Of a DNA stretch of 61,523 nucleotides, positions 24,523 through 36,596 are shown piece by piece (position 1 is the first letter of the stretch; each line of letters begins with the position of its first letter). Origin of the DNA: Stylophora pistillata (lineage: Eukaryota); NCBI RefSeq assembly GCF_002571385.2, contig NW_019218229.1, positions 184,257-245,779 of the forward strand, read 5' to 3'. The translations under genes were made by a program, and so were the position numbers. Below the pieces are notes generated by a model, which did not search any database, had not been told where the DNA came from, and saw only the letters and a program-made list of their open reading frames with translations.

Positions 24523-24953
24523 AATTGAGCACGTAACAAGTAACCAATCAGAACTCAAAATAAATACAAGGTGATGGTCTAAAGCGTGGGAAAACGTTGG
24601 TGGCCATGTTACGAATGATCTTATTTGCATCTGATTGATTGCAAAGGTGGTACAACCTCTAAAAAGCCAATCATAAAGCACGATATACCCATGCCGTAAT
24701 GTTCATGCAGCACTCTCCACTCTCAACTGAAAATTTCTCGAAGACTGAAAATCAGTATGACCTCCCAGGATGCATTTCTTCGGTCTTCTGCTGGTCGTCT
24801 GCCTTTCTCTTCATCAGTCATGGTTGTTGAGATCGCAGTTTTCCTGATGCTGTTAAATCTCATGTTTTTAGTGTTCGTATCAGTGCGTATTGAAAGTCGC
24901 ATCATGTGAAGGAAGCTAAATCGGAGCTGAATGAAGTCCGAGTGTCGTTTCCG

Positions 24954-25139
24954 ATGTATGACGACGAAAAGTCGTCAACTGTGTCCGAGCAAAAGCAGGC
25001 TTCCATTGAAGCAAGTGAGATTCGCGTAAGAAGCATACGCTCAGATGTGATCTCCTTAGAGGAACTCGGCAGCAAAGTGGAACAGTTGGAAAAGAGGTTA
25101 GACTGCATGTGGGATTCCGTCAGCTATTTACCTACTTAA
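24954..25139 (+). CDS. Candidate 61-aa coiled-coil microprotein
   Basis: MYDDEKSSTV...LEELGSKVEQLEKRLDCMWDSVSYLPT*; heptad pattern and coding-like composition; no paralogue in the window. Confidence 0.4.
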   Translation: MYDDEKSSTVSEQKQASIEASEIRVRSIRSDVISLEELGSKVEQLEKRLDCMWDSVSYLPT

Positions 25140-26493
25140 AACAAACCTTTGGCCTATTTTGGAGTAAATCAAAATGAAGCCTTAATTCAAACCAACTATC
25201 TCGTAGGAAACAGCTTTGGGACAATGTCGACCAAATGGGCTCAGAAAAGAATATTTTTAGTTAGGGGTTCTCACAAATTTTCTACTGGATATATTCCGAA
25301 AATGGCGAATGTCCTATCATAACAATAAGCTGAAACCAGATCCATTGCAATAAAAAAGCATGATATTCTGTATTAGTATCTCAGTTGCTTGTGTAGTGTT
25401 GAGAGTAAGGTGCGCTAGTTATGTAAAATAAGTGGTCCTTTCGAGGAAAGCTTGTGGTTTGTGAAAAATTTGAATCGTTAACCTTGACTCGGTGTCAGTT
25501 ATGATGGCAATAACTTGGTAAAGGTGTATGTACCTGTTAGGTAAAAGGTACGTCTACCAAACATGTTATACCATACTTATCGCATCGGTTTGGGCGCTCT
25601 TAAAAGCTGTAATGAAAAGAAAATGTTTTTAATTATTTGTCTGCTTTCTTTGATTGTTTGAACATCCGGTTGGGTAATGCATCCAAGTTGGGTACAGGCT
25701 AGACGCTTTAAGTCCGTGGTTAATTGCCGTGTTAAGAGGTGCTGTTTGTATAATAACTTACGAAAGAATATGATACAGCCTTACTTGAGACAGTTCATTA
25801 CGGTGGTGAAAAAAATAAATAAACGCAAACACGTACACGAAGAAAAATTCGAACACAGTATCACCCAGAATATTATTGTTTTACACGAAATATACTTGAG
25901 GTGCTCAGTGCAACATAATTACCGGCTTAAAATGTCTAGAGCTAGTCGGCTGTAAGTGGAAAACAAAATTTAGCTTTAAATTTGCTTTGCGGAGTTGCTT
26001 TCAGCATATTTTGAATTTGACAATTTTTAATTGAGGTCAAGGTAAAGAAAACAAATAATTCAAAAGTGATATCACATTTCTCTTCGAAGTACACTACGTT
26101 TTTCTTTGTAGGTGTGGAGCTTATTTCTACGGATTTAGGTTAATATTTTCAATTGCCTTGTTCCGAAGGATCATTATTGATCAAAAGACAAGCTGCGGTT
26201 GAATCTTTGAACCCGACTCAGTAAAGGTTCATGGTACTAAATGTGCACCGACCTCAGGTTATAGTCGATGAGCTCATTCCATAAACAGAACGACCAGGCA
26301 CTGATGGGGTGAATCGTATGTTTGTCGAATTCATAGAAAAACTGATCTAAATCCGTGACTATGGAACTGATTTGTTACAGTGTATTTTAAACTTCTATAA
26401 GTCTGAAACTACTACGGCCAAGCCCTATCACACATGAGGTACCCTTATAACAAGGGGAACTTTGGCTTTCTTGACTTAATTTCTTATTCATCA

Positions 26494-27959
26494 GGAAGGG
26501 ACGGACGAGATATGGTGGGGACGGTGTTAAAGGGGAACGAGGCGAGCCGGGAAGTATTGGACCCCAGGGACCTCCTGGAGTAAAAGGTGAACAAGAACTG
26601 TATTCCACACATAAATCTGCTACGACTCTGAAAATGTTCGGACGAGTATGCCCGGCCAAGACCTTCAAACTTTACTTTTTGTGTGTTGCTAGAAGACGGA
26701 GGTCTTTGGAGACAGCAAAGTAAAGTCAGACCTCCTGGGTTACCGAGCGGCAGTGGCAGTGCCAATCACATGAACTTCACTTCCGGTGCAGTGTTAATTC
26801 GTTGGGGTCGCACTTCGTGTCCCGGAAATGCATAGCTTTTGTGTAAAGGTACTTGAAACAGGCTGTGAGGAAGAAAACTATTTCACAGCTATACATAATG
26901 GTAATAGAACTTAACTGATTCAAGAGATTATTAACTGTCATATTCTCTTGTAAATGTCAATAATCTCTAGGACTGAGTGGAGTCCAATTCGCTCTGAAAT
27001 TGTAAAAGTGTTTGACAAAATCTGACGACCGGGAACAAATTTTTTCGTATAAGGACCGACCCAGACCTGTACATAACTTATTTTCTCTGCTGGTTTTCTT
27101 TTTTTCACCTTTCGCATTTATCGGTGTTTTTCATTTGATGTGAGAGTTATGGTAGAGAGCCACTTGTCGCAGCGTTGGACCCTGGAGCACATGTCCAAAC
27201 TCTAGCCCTGGTCATGGCTGGCTGTTGTGTTGTGTTTTGAAGGACACCTTGTGCATTCTCCCACCCAGGAATATAAATGGTGCCAATAAATTCACCGGTG
27301 AGTTGGACGGAATGCTCTGTAAGGCGGAGATGCAAGTTTTATTCGACCAGCAGCCCGTCTTGGAAGCCCTAAAGTGGGACAATCTGGGCACAAGGAAAAC
27401 TAAACTGATTCTCTTGCTGGGCATGCATAAATATGTTACCACGCTCATGAGACTTACCATTCCCTTTTCGTATGATGTTTAGGTCCCATTGGTGGAAATT
27501 ATCACGGTCATACAGGTGGAGGCTCAAACCATATCTGCCTTCCTGAACAGCCATTATACGCAAGGTATGATGACAAATGGGAGTCTTCTTCTTCTGCTGT
27601 ATACGGCGCAGAATATGCAGTCGGTGAGTTCAACCCTTTTAAAAAGCCCCTTAACCATTATAATGCACCATGTGTAGTATGCCATCTTGAGTCACGTGGC
27701 TCCCGGGTGATGATTCCTGCCAGAAACGAGTGCCCCACAGGATGGACTCTTGAGTACTGGGGCTATCTTATGACGAAAAGTTACTCTAGTGGCAACACTG
27801 ATTTCATCTACGTGGATGAGGATGCTGAATATGTACCATATCTGCCGTGGAAACAGTGGCGGGGTCAAGTTGAGTCCTGTGTAAAGTGCTTGTTATGTAT
27901 TACCATGTGGTCCTTGCATCGATGGCCGTGAACTGACATGCGCAGTTTGCAGAAAGTGA
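26494..27959 (+). pseudogene. Short-chain collagen C4-like (spongin-related) pseudogene; exon remnants ~26494-26848 and 27483-27959
   Basis: Gly-X-Y run GDGVKGERGEPGSIGPQGPPGVKGEQ with a frameshift near 26512; IRWGRTSCP followed by an in-frame TAG (26833-26835); GGGSNHICLP, YGAEY, MIPARNECPTGWTLEYWGYLM; a further frameshift before LPCGPCIDGRELTCAVCRK*. Confidence 0.85.
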
Positions 27960-28914
27960 AATCCAATCCTTCACTACCAGGCCGTGAGAAGCCTTGGTGC
28001 AGTAGAAGGTTCTGCTCAATTATAAAGGTCTTATTATCCGATGATCACACATCAAATTAACCATTAATGAAAAGAAGATGCAACGCTCTGAATATGGAGA
28101 GTGACAAATTTTTTTGTAACTGAACTAAACATTAATAAAATACAATGGTTTAAGACATTGTCTGGATTAAAAAAATGTATTTGTTCAGACGAAATTTTGA
28201 TCTACGGTCATTGCAATGAAACCACGAGGTATAGGTATGTCATCGTATGGCAATGCAAACACTGAAAATCTAAGAACCGATCGCGACAGTACAAACTCGA
28301 TTCGTTCTACGAAAGAATGTGATCTCTCATCGCAAGAATCATGGCTCAAAACAGTTTGGAACCATCAGAATTTATTATTCGATACCCTCCCCACCCCTTC
28401 CCAAAACGGTTGTACCACAGCTTCAAGGAAAGATGTAGAAAAATTAACATTGCATCGGGGGTGGGGAGGGAGAGGGGAGGAGGGTGGAGAGGGAGAGGGG
28501 AAGAGGATGGGGAGAGAGAGGGGAATGGGGTGGGGATGGAGAGGGGGAGGAGGTGGGAAGCCGAACTCTAACACAACCAAGTGAAAAAACAAGTTTTACT
28601 ACTCATTTTTAGCTCATAGAAGACGTCAAAAGGTGGTAAGACCATCAGTTACACACTCATCTGCGGTTCATGGGCGCATTTCCGTTATTACCGCAAATTG
28701 ACGTCATCTGAGATCTGTGACTAAACAGACCCGAGGCAATGCATGGCGTCTATTTGTTTTAAAAAATAGAAAAACTAATTCAACTGTGTCGCTCATGAGA
28801 TTCTCAATATCTTGTTTTTATCGTTCGATGATTATGCTCTGGTGACGTTTCTGAAGACATTTCAGTAACCTTAAAGGATCAAAATAAAATATCTATGCTT
28901 TGGCTGTTGGAGTA

Positions 28915-29165
28915 CACGCGTCTGTATGGGAAACGCAAGACACATTTGGTTATATCAACCGAGTTGATATGAAAATTGGCCACCGTAAAGAGTTTCTAAC
29001 GTTGACGTTTTGAGCCTTAGCCATTCTTCAGCGGGAAAAGCAAAACGCCAGCTTTGAAACTCCTTACGGTGGCCAATTTACATTATAGTTCAGTTAATAA
29101 AACCTAATTATCTTGTAGTACCCCCACCGAAGCAGCACCATAGTTTCTTCACAAACTTCTCCCTT
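28915..29165. mobile_element. Degenerate Penelope-like palindromic repeat with a decayed minimal hammerhead ribozyme
   Basis: Inverted repeat AAATTGGCCACCGTAA (28973-28988) / TTACGGTGGCCAATTT (29064-29079); minus strand CTGAAGA-ATGGCTAAGGCTC-AAAAC-GTC at 29004-29031; one arm recurs at ~42750. Confidence 0.55.
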
Positions 29166-29971
29166 TTATATATAGAAAATAGCTCTTTATTACTGTGTAT
29201 AACTGACCTATACTATTACTTCAGGAATGTAGTAGATCCTCGCAGAAAAAAAACAGCCATCATCAGTGATTACCTCTTCAACTTTTTGATCACATTAAAA
29301 GGCGTAGGTAACTAGGTAAAATTTTTGGATGTGTTTGTTATTTCGCGTATTTCCGATTTAGAGAAAGACCTGGTTGATAAATTGACCGATAAAGTCGTTA
29401 ACATCTGCATGTTAAGCTTGTAGATTAATATTGTTCCATTCTCTGGCAAACGAAGCAGTTGTTATTAAACAATAAACATATTGATCGTTTGAGACTAATG
29501 ATCGTCACTGAACTTTTACCTTCTCAACCAGACCTCTTGGATTGCTCTTTGTTACTTAACAAAACAATTCAAGCATTAATTGGTAAAAAAACATTTGTTT
29601 ATCACGTGCAAAGTCACGAACTTGGTGCTCTATGAGGACCTCACGCGAGCCCACGAATCTTACTTTACCAAAAAGAAGACATAAATATTTAAAAACCTCG
29701 ATTTTAGGCTGTGATTTCAATATTTAGTTATCTGATATTAAATGCCCAAAACATGAATTTTGAGATTGAGCACAATAAAAGCTAACAGTTCTGACTTACG
29801 GTATCTGATTTTTTTCCATGTGTAAAACAGACATCGCTGGTTGTTTTATCAATTGACCACGGAAATTGTCTAGTAACATTGCGTATCCCATCTCGTCTCC
29901 AATATGTTCAACTTTGTTGGATGCATGTTTCTTTCCATTTGTATACTCTGGCCTATAGCGCAGCGTTGATT

Positions 29972-30691
29972 CTAAACGCCACATAATTCTTCTTCTCCTG
30001 AAGCTGTGCGCAAATATCGACACTGTCTCAAAGGTTTCCAATCATCCACTTGACAAACTTTCAAATCATCAGGCAGTTGTGTATCAATGTATTTTTTGGG
30101 TGCTGTTATTCCATTGGAAGAGGCGTGTATGTCAGGAAGAGAGACTGTAGAACTAAAAGCTGAGAATGTTTTACTTCTAGACCTGAGCGGAGCTGGCTCT
30201 TCGTCGTCCTCATTGGACTGCAAAGACACTGCAGAGAGCAACCGCCTTTGCTGGTTACTTCCCAAAATTTCTTTCCTCCTTGGCTTAGGAGACTGAGCTG
30301 ATTGAGTGGTTTCGTTTTTCCATTTGTTCAGTGCGTTTTCCAACTTGCCAGAAGACAAAGGTGTCAGATTTATTTCCTTCTTTTTCGGCAGAGATTGAGA
30401 ATATTCTCTTGACAAAGCTGTCGCCTTTTTCCAATTGGTAACTGAGTTCTCCATGTTTATGCTGCGAGAGGAGGAAGGTCGACTTTGACTGGTTTCTAAG
30501 ACCCTTGTTACCTGACGTTGTAAAAGGTGTTCCCTTTTCTTGAGGAATAATCTTTCCTCCGAACTTTTCTCTTTTTCAAGGAGGCGAGACTGTTTCTTTA
30601 GAGTCTCCTGGTTGATAGCGTTTCGCATGAGTAAGGTCTTTGTTGTTTTTTTCGACAGAAGCATAGGTGACTCTTCGTGACTTGCCTTCAT
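29972..30691 (-). CDS. Uncharacterised 239-aa protein, CRYLR family member 3 (subfamily B); ATG of MKASHEE
   Basis: LLSKKTTKTLLMRNAINQETLKKQSRLLEKEK, SRPSSSRSI, SLPDI, DDWKPLRQCRYLR. Confidence 0.88.
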   Translation of the reverse strand: MKASHEESPMLLSKKTTKTLLMRNAINQETLKKQSRLLEKEKSSEERLFLKKREHLLQRQVTRVLETSQSRPSSSRSINMENSVTNWKKATALSREYSQSLPKKKEINLTPLSSGKLENALNKWKNETTQSAQSPKPRRKEILGSNQQRRLLSAVSLQSNEDDEEPAPLRSRSKTFSAFSSTVSLPDIHASSNGITAPKKYIDTQLPDDLKVCQVDDWKPLRQCRYLRTASGEEELCGV

Positions 30692-31971
30692 TTTGTTAGC
30701 TGTAAACTTCACGAGCTTGCGCGACCTTTAAGCCTAAAGCTTGAATTATTTCCCTGCGTCCGATACAAACCTAAGACACTGAAACTCTCAAATTTTCATT
30801 GATATGTGATATCATAATAGTATCCGCTCTTAGAGAAACGACTTCCCGTCCAATATCACAAAATAGACAAAACACTTACAATCAAAAGAGCTTAACGTCA
30901 CGATATTCGAGCAACGTCGAGTAGCGATCAAACTAGCGCGAGTTTGATAAAGACAGCGGAATAATGGTTCAATACTTTAGAAAAACACGAAAGAAGCAGT
31001 ATAAGCCAAGAAGCAACAAGAATGACCAAAGATGCATAACACTGACATAGACCGGATCGCAAGCGGTAAAATTTTTCCAAATGCACCAACCGTAACAAAG
31101 ACGTAAATACTCTACTAATTGTATGTCTTCCCACTCAAACAGGTGCCATGTCACGTCAATCATTTCCGTGGCCGATTTTTGCGGTCTTCTCACAAAGAGA
31201 GGAGGCCTAAAAATAACTCTTCCATGATGGTGGGAAAGTACTAATGAGGGAAGAATATACTGAAAACACACGGAAGAGTTAAGCCAGATAAGGACAAAAT
31301 TGACACTAAATGCAACCGGTGAATTCAAGATGAAAATCATTTACCGGTAATGCTCTAAACAGGGCTTATGAGCGTATTTTGTTGTTTGGTAGTTAATTAA
31401 TACATCTGAGTAAACGCCTTGAGTTAAAGCGTTCATCGTTATCCATTGCCTATCGTGTAATTGTCCCCAAGTGCCTGCTCGAAGACGATGTTTCATGCCA
31501 CTCCAATTGTAAGTTCAGTTCGACAACGCGACAAAACCGCATAGAAAATTACTAAAGGACCCAATGACGCTCTAAGAATCAAATCTCTTTTTCGGGATTT
31601 TTAGCGAAGTTAACATGCACAAATCGCATGACTTTGCTATTCTGGACAAAGAAACGGATGGGGGAGGCCAATATATCACCGATAAGTTCATAAACAAACA
31701 ATTTAAAAAACTGCATACAGAAAAATGAAATACAATCACGAGCCAATATGAAGCTATCACTGGTCTTCGACTTCAATTGAACCAGAAGCGATGAGCGTAT
31801 ACATTTGAGTTAGCCGGTTGGATGATAGAGTCTGGGTGAAAACGTGAATTCGACGTAGTCTCCATTTTTGGCATCTTATCGTCTGTGAAAACAGCTCGCT
31901 ATTTTAATACTATTTTCTCCAATTTCAGGAGTTCGCTTCATTGTTATTTTATTGCATGGCATGCCCGGCTA

Positions 31972-32364
31972 ACCGCCTCGCGGTTAGCTCAATGGATAGA
32001 GCGCTGGACTGTTGTGCGGGAAGGGGAGGTCGAGGGTTCGAGCCCCGGCCGGACCAACACTCAAGGTCATAAAATAATTGAGAAGAATTTGCTACCTTTC
32101 TATAATATCAAGAAATGGTTAGATATTCTAGTCTTCTCGGATAGGGACGAATAAATGGAGGTCCCGTCTCCTGCAGGGCTAGGGTAGGAGACGTCAATTT
32201 CCCACACACGAGATTACTGTAATAAACCCACCCAACCCACCCCCTGAGGTGGGTTGGGTGGGTTTATTAGAGGGCCATGTCTTAGAAAACTCTTTACTGG
32301 GTTAATCATGTATCTACCCTCTCGAAATAAACAACATTGTATTGTATTGTATTGTATTGTATTG
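31972..32364 (+). mobile_element. Full-length tRNA-derived SINE (Nin-domain type) with (TTGTA)n tail
   Basis: A box TAGCTCAATGG (~31985), B box GGTTCGAGCCC (~32035), core GTCTTCTCGGATAGGGACGAATAAA, internal hairpins, AATAAA plus TTGTA repeats. Confidence 0.85.
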
Positions 32365-33446
32365 CCTTATCCATAAATTCAGGCACAGACACTATTTTTC
32401 ATAAGGAATTTCCAACGAAGTCGTTACGACAGTACATGCTCTAAACATAACCTGAGATCAAAGCAGTAAATTTATTCATTTCCATGTAACTCAAAAACCC
32501 CATCATTTGTAAAAGAATTGACTTGATATATGCATGACATCTACAGAGGGGGTGTGAGAAGTGCTAAACCAATAATTAACGGTTGCAGAAGCCTCAATGC
32601 CCTTAACCGGTAACCGTAAAACGGCCAAAAATAGTAGCTGTTAGGAGTAAAACTGACAAATTTTTAACCTATAATTGTAAGAAAAGTTAACCGTAAAATA
32701 TTTCTTTTAATCACAAAGGAAAGAAGTTAACCGGTAGTCGTAAAATGTAATTAAAATCAGAATTAATCGTTTCTAAAAGGATAGAATAGATATTTTATGT
32801 TTATATATTATATGATTTGGTTCTTTCGTCTTTTATATGAATAATGAAAATTGTAACAACTTACTTGATCAAATAAACTTTTACAAACCCGCGTACTCAA
32901 TAGAATGACTGTGGGATGGAAAACCTAGGCATATCATCCTCTTTGAGAATTTTACATCACTGACTTCTTCGACTCATTTATCAAGTCAACAAAGAAACGG
33001 CGAGCCAGCCTGTAGTTTCGGCTCTGTTGGGTCGGAATCGAAGAGATTAATTTAGCTTCTAGAGTTAGGAGTGACCCAAGCACCGTATATATGTCACTGT
33101 TATGTTCAAACGTTTTCTTATCATGTGGTGCTCTCGTGGCCCGCTCGTGTGCATTGGTTTCATTAAATACTTGTTTACCCTATCTTTTCGATGTGTATGG
33201 CCATGCCGCATTTTTTTCTCAAAAAAAAAAAAAAAACCTGAAGACAATGATGTTGAGAAGAATTATTTGATTCATATGACTGACTTTAAAACTGCCCGTG
33301 GCTTTCACATCAATTATAAAGTCGTTCATGGTTTTTGAGAAGGAGTCATTTTATGACCACACCTCGCCAGACATGACTTCGATTACGACTTGAGCAACAT
33401 CATCCACGCATATTGATACATCATGCAATTTTCTTCGTCTTCAAGA

Positions 33447-34118
33447 TCATTTGCTAAGTTCTTTCCCTGCTGATAGAGTGCGTAGATACCGACAATTCCT
33501 TAATTCTTTCCACTCTTCATCAGTAGTGGCGACTTCGTGAAAGGCCGAACGTCCAGCATCCAGGTCAGTGTCAGACAGTTTCCACGCTCGTATCGAGTCG
33601 CTGATCTTTTTACCTCCTCTTTTCCGCTTAGAGGCGGCGTTTATATCTGGAAGAGAGGTTGTAACGCTGCCATGCTCAGGGCTTATCGATGATAACACAC
33701 GGTGTCTGGAGCGAGGACTCAAGCTCAGCCCAGAGTGCCTGTCAGTGTCATCTGTTAGGTGAGGAAAAGAGGAAGATAAAAAAATTTGTCTCCCTCTGTT
33801 AACAGCAATTTCTTTCCTTCTCAGTTGAGGAGACAAATTTTGTCGCGTCAGATTTGGGTCACTTTTCCATTTGGTGACAGCTTGTTCTACGTTTAAACTG
33901 CGAGACGATAGTGGCCTCGTTTCACAAATCTTTGAACGCTGTTGTAAAAGATACCCTTTTGTTCTCTGGTATAATCTCTCTTCTGCCTTTCTTTGCTTTT
34001 GAAGCATTTGTGATTCTTTCTTCAGCGTTCCGTCATCGATTGCATTTCGAACACGTAGAAGTTTGACGGTGGACTTTGATAACAATGCCAGAGTTTCTTC
34101 ATTGTGGCTAGATTTCAT
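33447..34118 (-). CDS. Uncharacterised 223-aa protein, CRYLR family member 4 (subfamily B)
   Basis: LLSKSTVKLLRVRNAIDDGTLKKESQMLQKQR, RPLSSRSL, WKSD, SLPDI, EEWKELRNCRYLR. Confidence 0.88.
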   Translation of the reverse strand: MKSSHNEETLALLSKSTVKLLRVRNAIDDGTLKKESQMLQKQRKAEERLYQRTKGYLLQQRSKICETRPLSSRSLNVEQAVTKWKSDPNLTRQNLSPQLRRKEIAVNRGRQIFLSSSFPHLTDDTDRHSGLSLSPRSRHRVLSSISPEHGSVTTSLPDINAASKRKRGGKKISDSIRAWKLSDTDLDAGRSAFHEVATTDEEWKELRNCRYLRTLSAGKELSK

Positions 34119-36596
34119 TTCCCAAGCTTAGTGTGGTTTTTCGTACTACACAAGATACCTTGATGAAGAATATGATCGGCGCATTTGACGAAAGCAAGTC
34201 TTCACATCAGAATTCGTCGCGTATAGGCGTCACGTTCAGCACTAGCTCGTTCAATGAAAACAATACAGAAGCGTCATCCGTGACGCCAATTCGTAAGTGC
34301 CACTGTTTAGTTTGTTATAGTAATACCACGCGAAACATCCAAAAAAGCAAAGAAACTTAAATATTTTCTTTCCCCGATATTTACTCTACATTGACAGTTG
34401 TGTGACAGGCGCTTCACATATACAAATTGATTCATTGTTTAGGACTTAGTAAAGCTTGCGTAAAAATTACAATAACCATGATTATCATCCTCACTTTCTT
34501 AGTGTTCTTTTTCCTGTTCTTCTTCTTCTTCTCTTGTATCGACTTTTTTATCTTCCTCTTTTATTCTTATTCTTAACCACGTTTTGCGAATTTTTTTTTT
34601 TTTTTTTCAGCATTAAACCGTATGTGTTTCCCGTGAGTTCCTCTCTAGCCAGTAATAAAAGCCGGCACTGCTTTCAAAAGCACCTTCGTCATTACTGGTT
34701 AAACCCTGGTGGTTGAAACCGCGAAACCTAGTCTTATATCTATACTCAGAGAGATGTGAGGTCCTCTCTTAGAACAAGAAAATGAGATCGAGATAACTCG
34801 TACTTCCGGTTCTTCATATTCCTTGTTTGTTTGAATAACAGTGTTTAATTTTGTTTTTATCGATCCACTTACTCAATAAAAACAAGTTAGCATCAAAACC
34901 GAATACGGTGGACCTGCTCCCCTATTTTTACTTGGTCTTTGTTGATAACAAGCACCTGTATAGAGCCCAAATACCAGTCTGTGCTAAGAAACCTAAAAAA
35001 TCATTTGCTGGTAAACACATTGAACACTTCAGAGGTCAGATTGATAAAGCAAAAAGGTAGCGAGGACGGTTTAGTATGGCAATTTTTGAGCAAGAGTGTG
35101 ATTGGACAAGCTTGAAATTTAGCCTAAATTTTATTACAATTTCTTGCTAAACGGTTAGCTGTTGGCTGCCAATAGAAAGTTAAAGATATTTCAGCTGTCA
35201 TCGCCTTCAGCATTAAACCAAACTAGTATAATGTTGATCTTTTTGACAGATTTAAAATACGGAGATAATTTCAGACTGATAGAAAAGAACACCATCCTTC
35301 TTAGGATCACTAAATTCACTTCTCTCCACTGATAATTCAGTTTAGGTTTAGCTCAAAAAGTCGATTAATTCAAACAATTTCTCGAATCAAATTTAACGTG
35401 GACTTTTTGGTGATGTGTTAGGAATATCATGAGTGATTCTCTACCGTATGTGTCTATTGGCTTGCCATTGAATGTGACACCTTGACTGGACGCTATTTGT
35501 GCAAGAGTAACCAAAAACAACATAGCTTTAATTGTTCCACTCTTGACGTATCCATTGGAAAGGTATTGTTTAGGTGTGCATGTCATTAATTGAAGGAAAG
35601 TCACGCGAACCTCACTAAAATTCTATGAAAAAGAAAAAAACATAAAGAAAACAAAAGCTAGAGGGTACCAAGTACCCAAATATCTACACGGTCCCGGTAA
35701 ACTGACAAGGCAGAACTTTTTCAACCCAAATGTCAAAAGATCATAGGTAAAAAGGGCGGTATGATCGCTAAACGCTTGTGATGTTTTGCACGCCGCATGA
35801 GTAGCTTATGTTAATCTAGTTATTATGCCTCTCCTTCTGACCTCTTTACGCCTTCAGTAGGAAATTCCAACTCGAAGAACGTGACTTGTGTGGTTTATTT
35901 CAGTCAGGGTCAGGAAAAGGTGGATTTAAACAGAGGATATAAACGTGACAGTATGGCGAGAATACAAAATGAATAAATTTCATATCTTTATTTGTTTTAT
36001 TTGCACAATAATTTTCCTAAATTTTCTTTATACAAATATATAATTATTGCTTGATCAAGTAGGTGTTATCTTATAGTGAGAAAATTCACTTGTAAGCTCT
36101 CAATGCTTTCTCTATTTTTTTCGGGAAAAAAACTCGGAAAGTGAATCCTTTAAGGTCAGCATTGCCAGAAAACAAATAAACTGTTCTAGTTTGTTGACAT
36201 CTCAGCGTGAGATTCCACGAGAGCTGGGATGGAGCCAGTATTTTAACCATTTGGACCATGTAGTTTGTGGCTTTTTTTCCAAATGTTCAGCTAATTGGTA
36301 AAACGTAGCAAAATAACAAACAGCGCGATAGAACTGAGCGGATGAGTGACAAAACGAAGGACGAGAAGGGTTTGGTTCGAGTCCCTTGTTTTTCGCCACA
36401 ATCGCGCCGTTCGCTCACGCGCTACCTGTAACAGGCTCGTAGTTTGGGTAGGAAAACTACCCAGAAGCGTGCGAAGCATCCACAAAAAGTTTCAATTCTC
36501 ACTAGTAAGCAATCAAATCAGATCACTGCTTGATGTGTTTCTTGCTGATTGGTGACACGCGGATCGTAGTTAAAAAATTTTTGCCTTTGATCTTGA

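Noticed and set aside
28216-28592. Gly/Pro-rich ORFs over a G-rich tract
   Set aside because: Low-complexity GGA/GGG sequence, open in several frames by composition alone.
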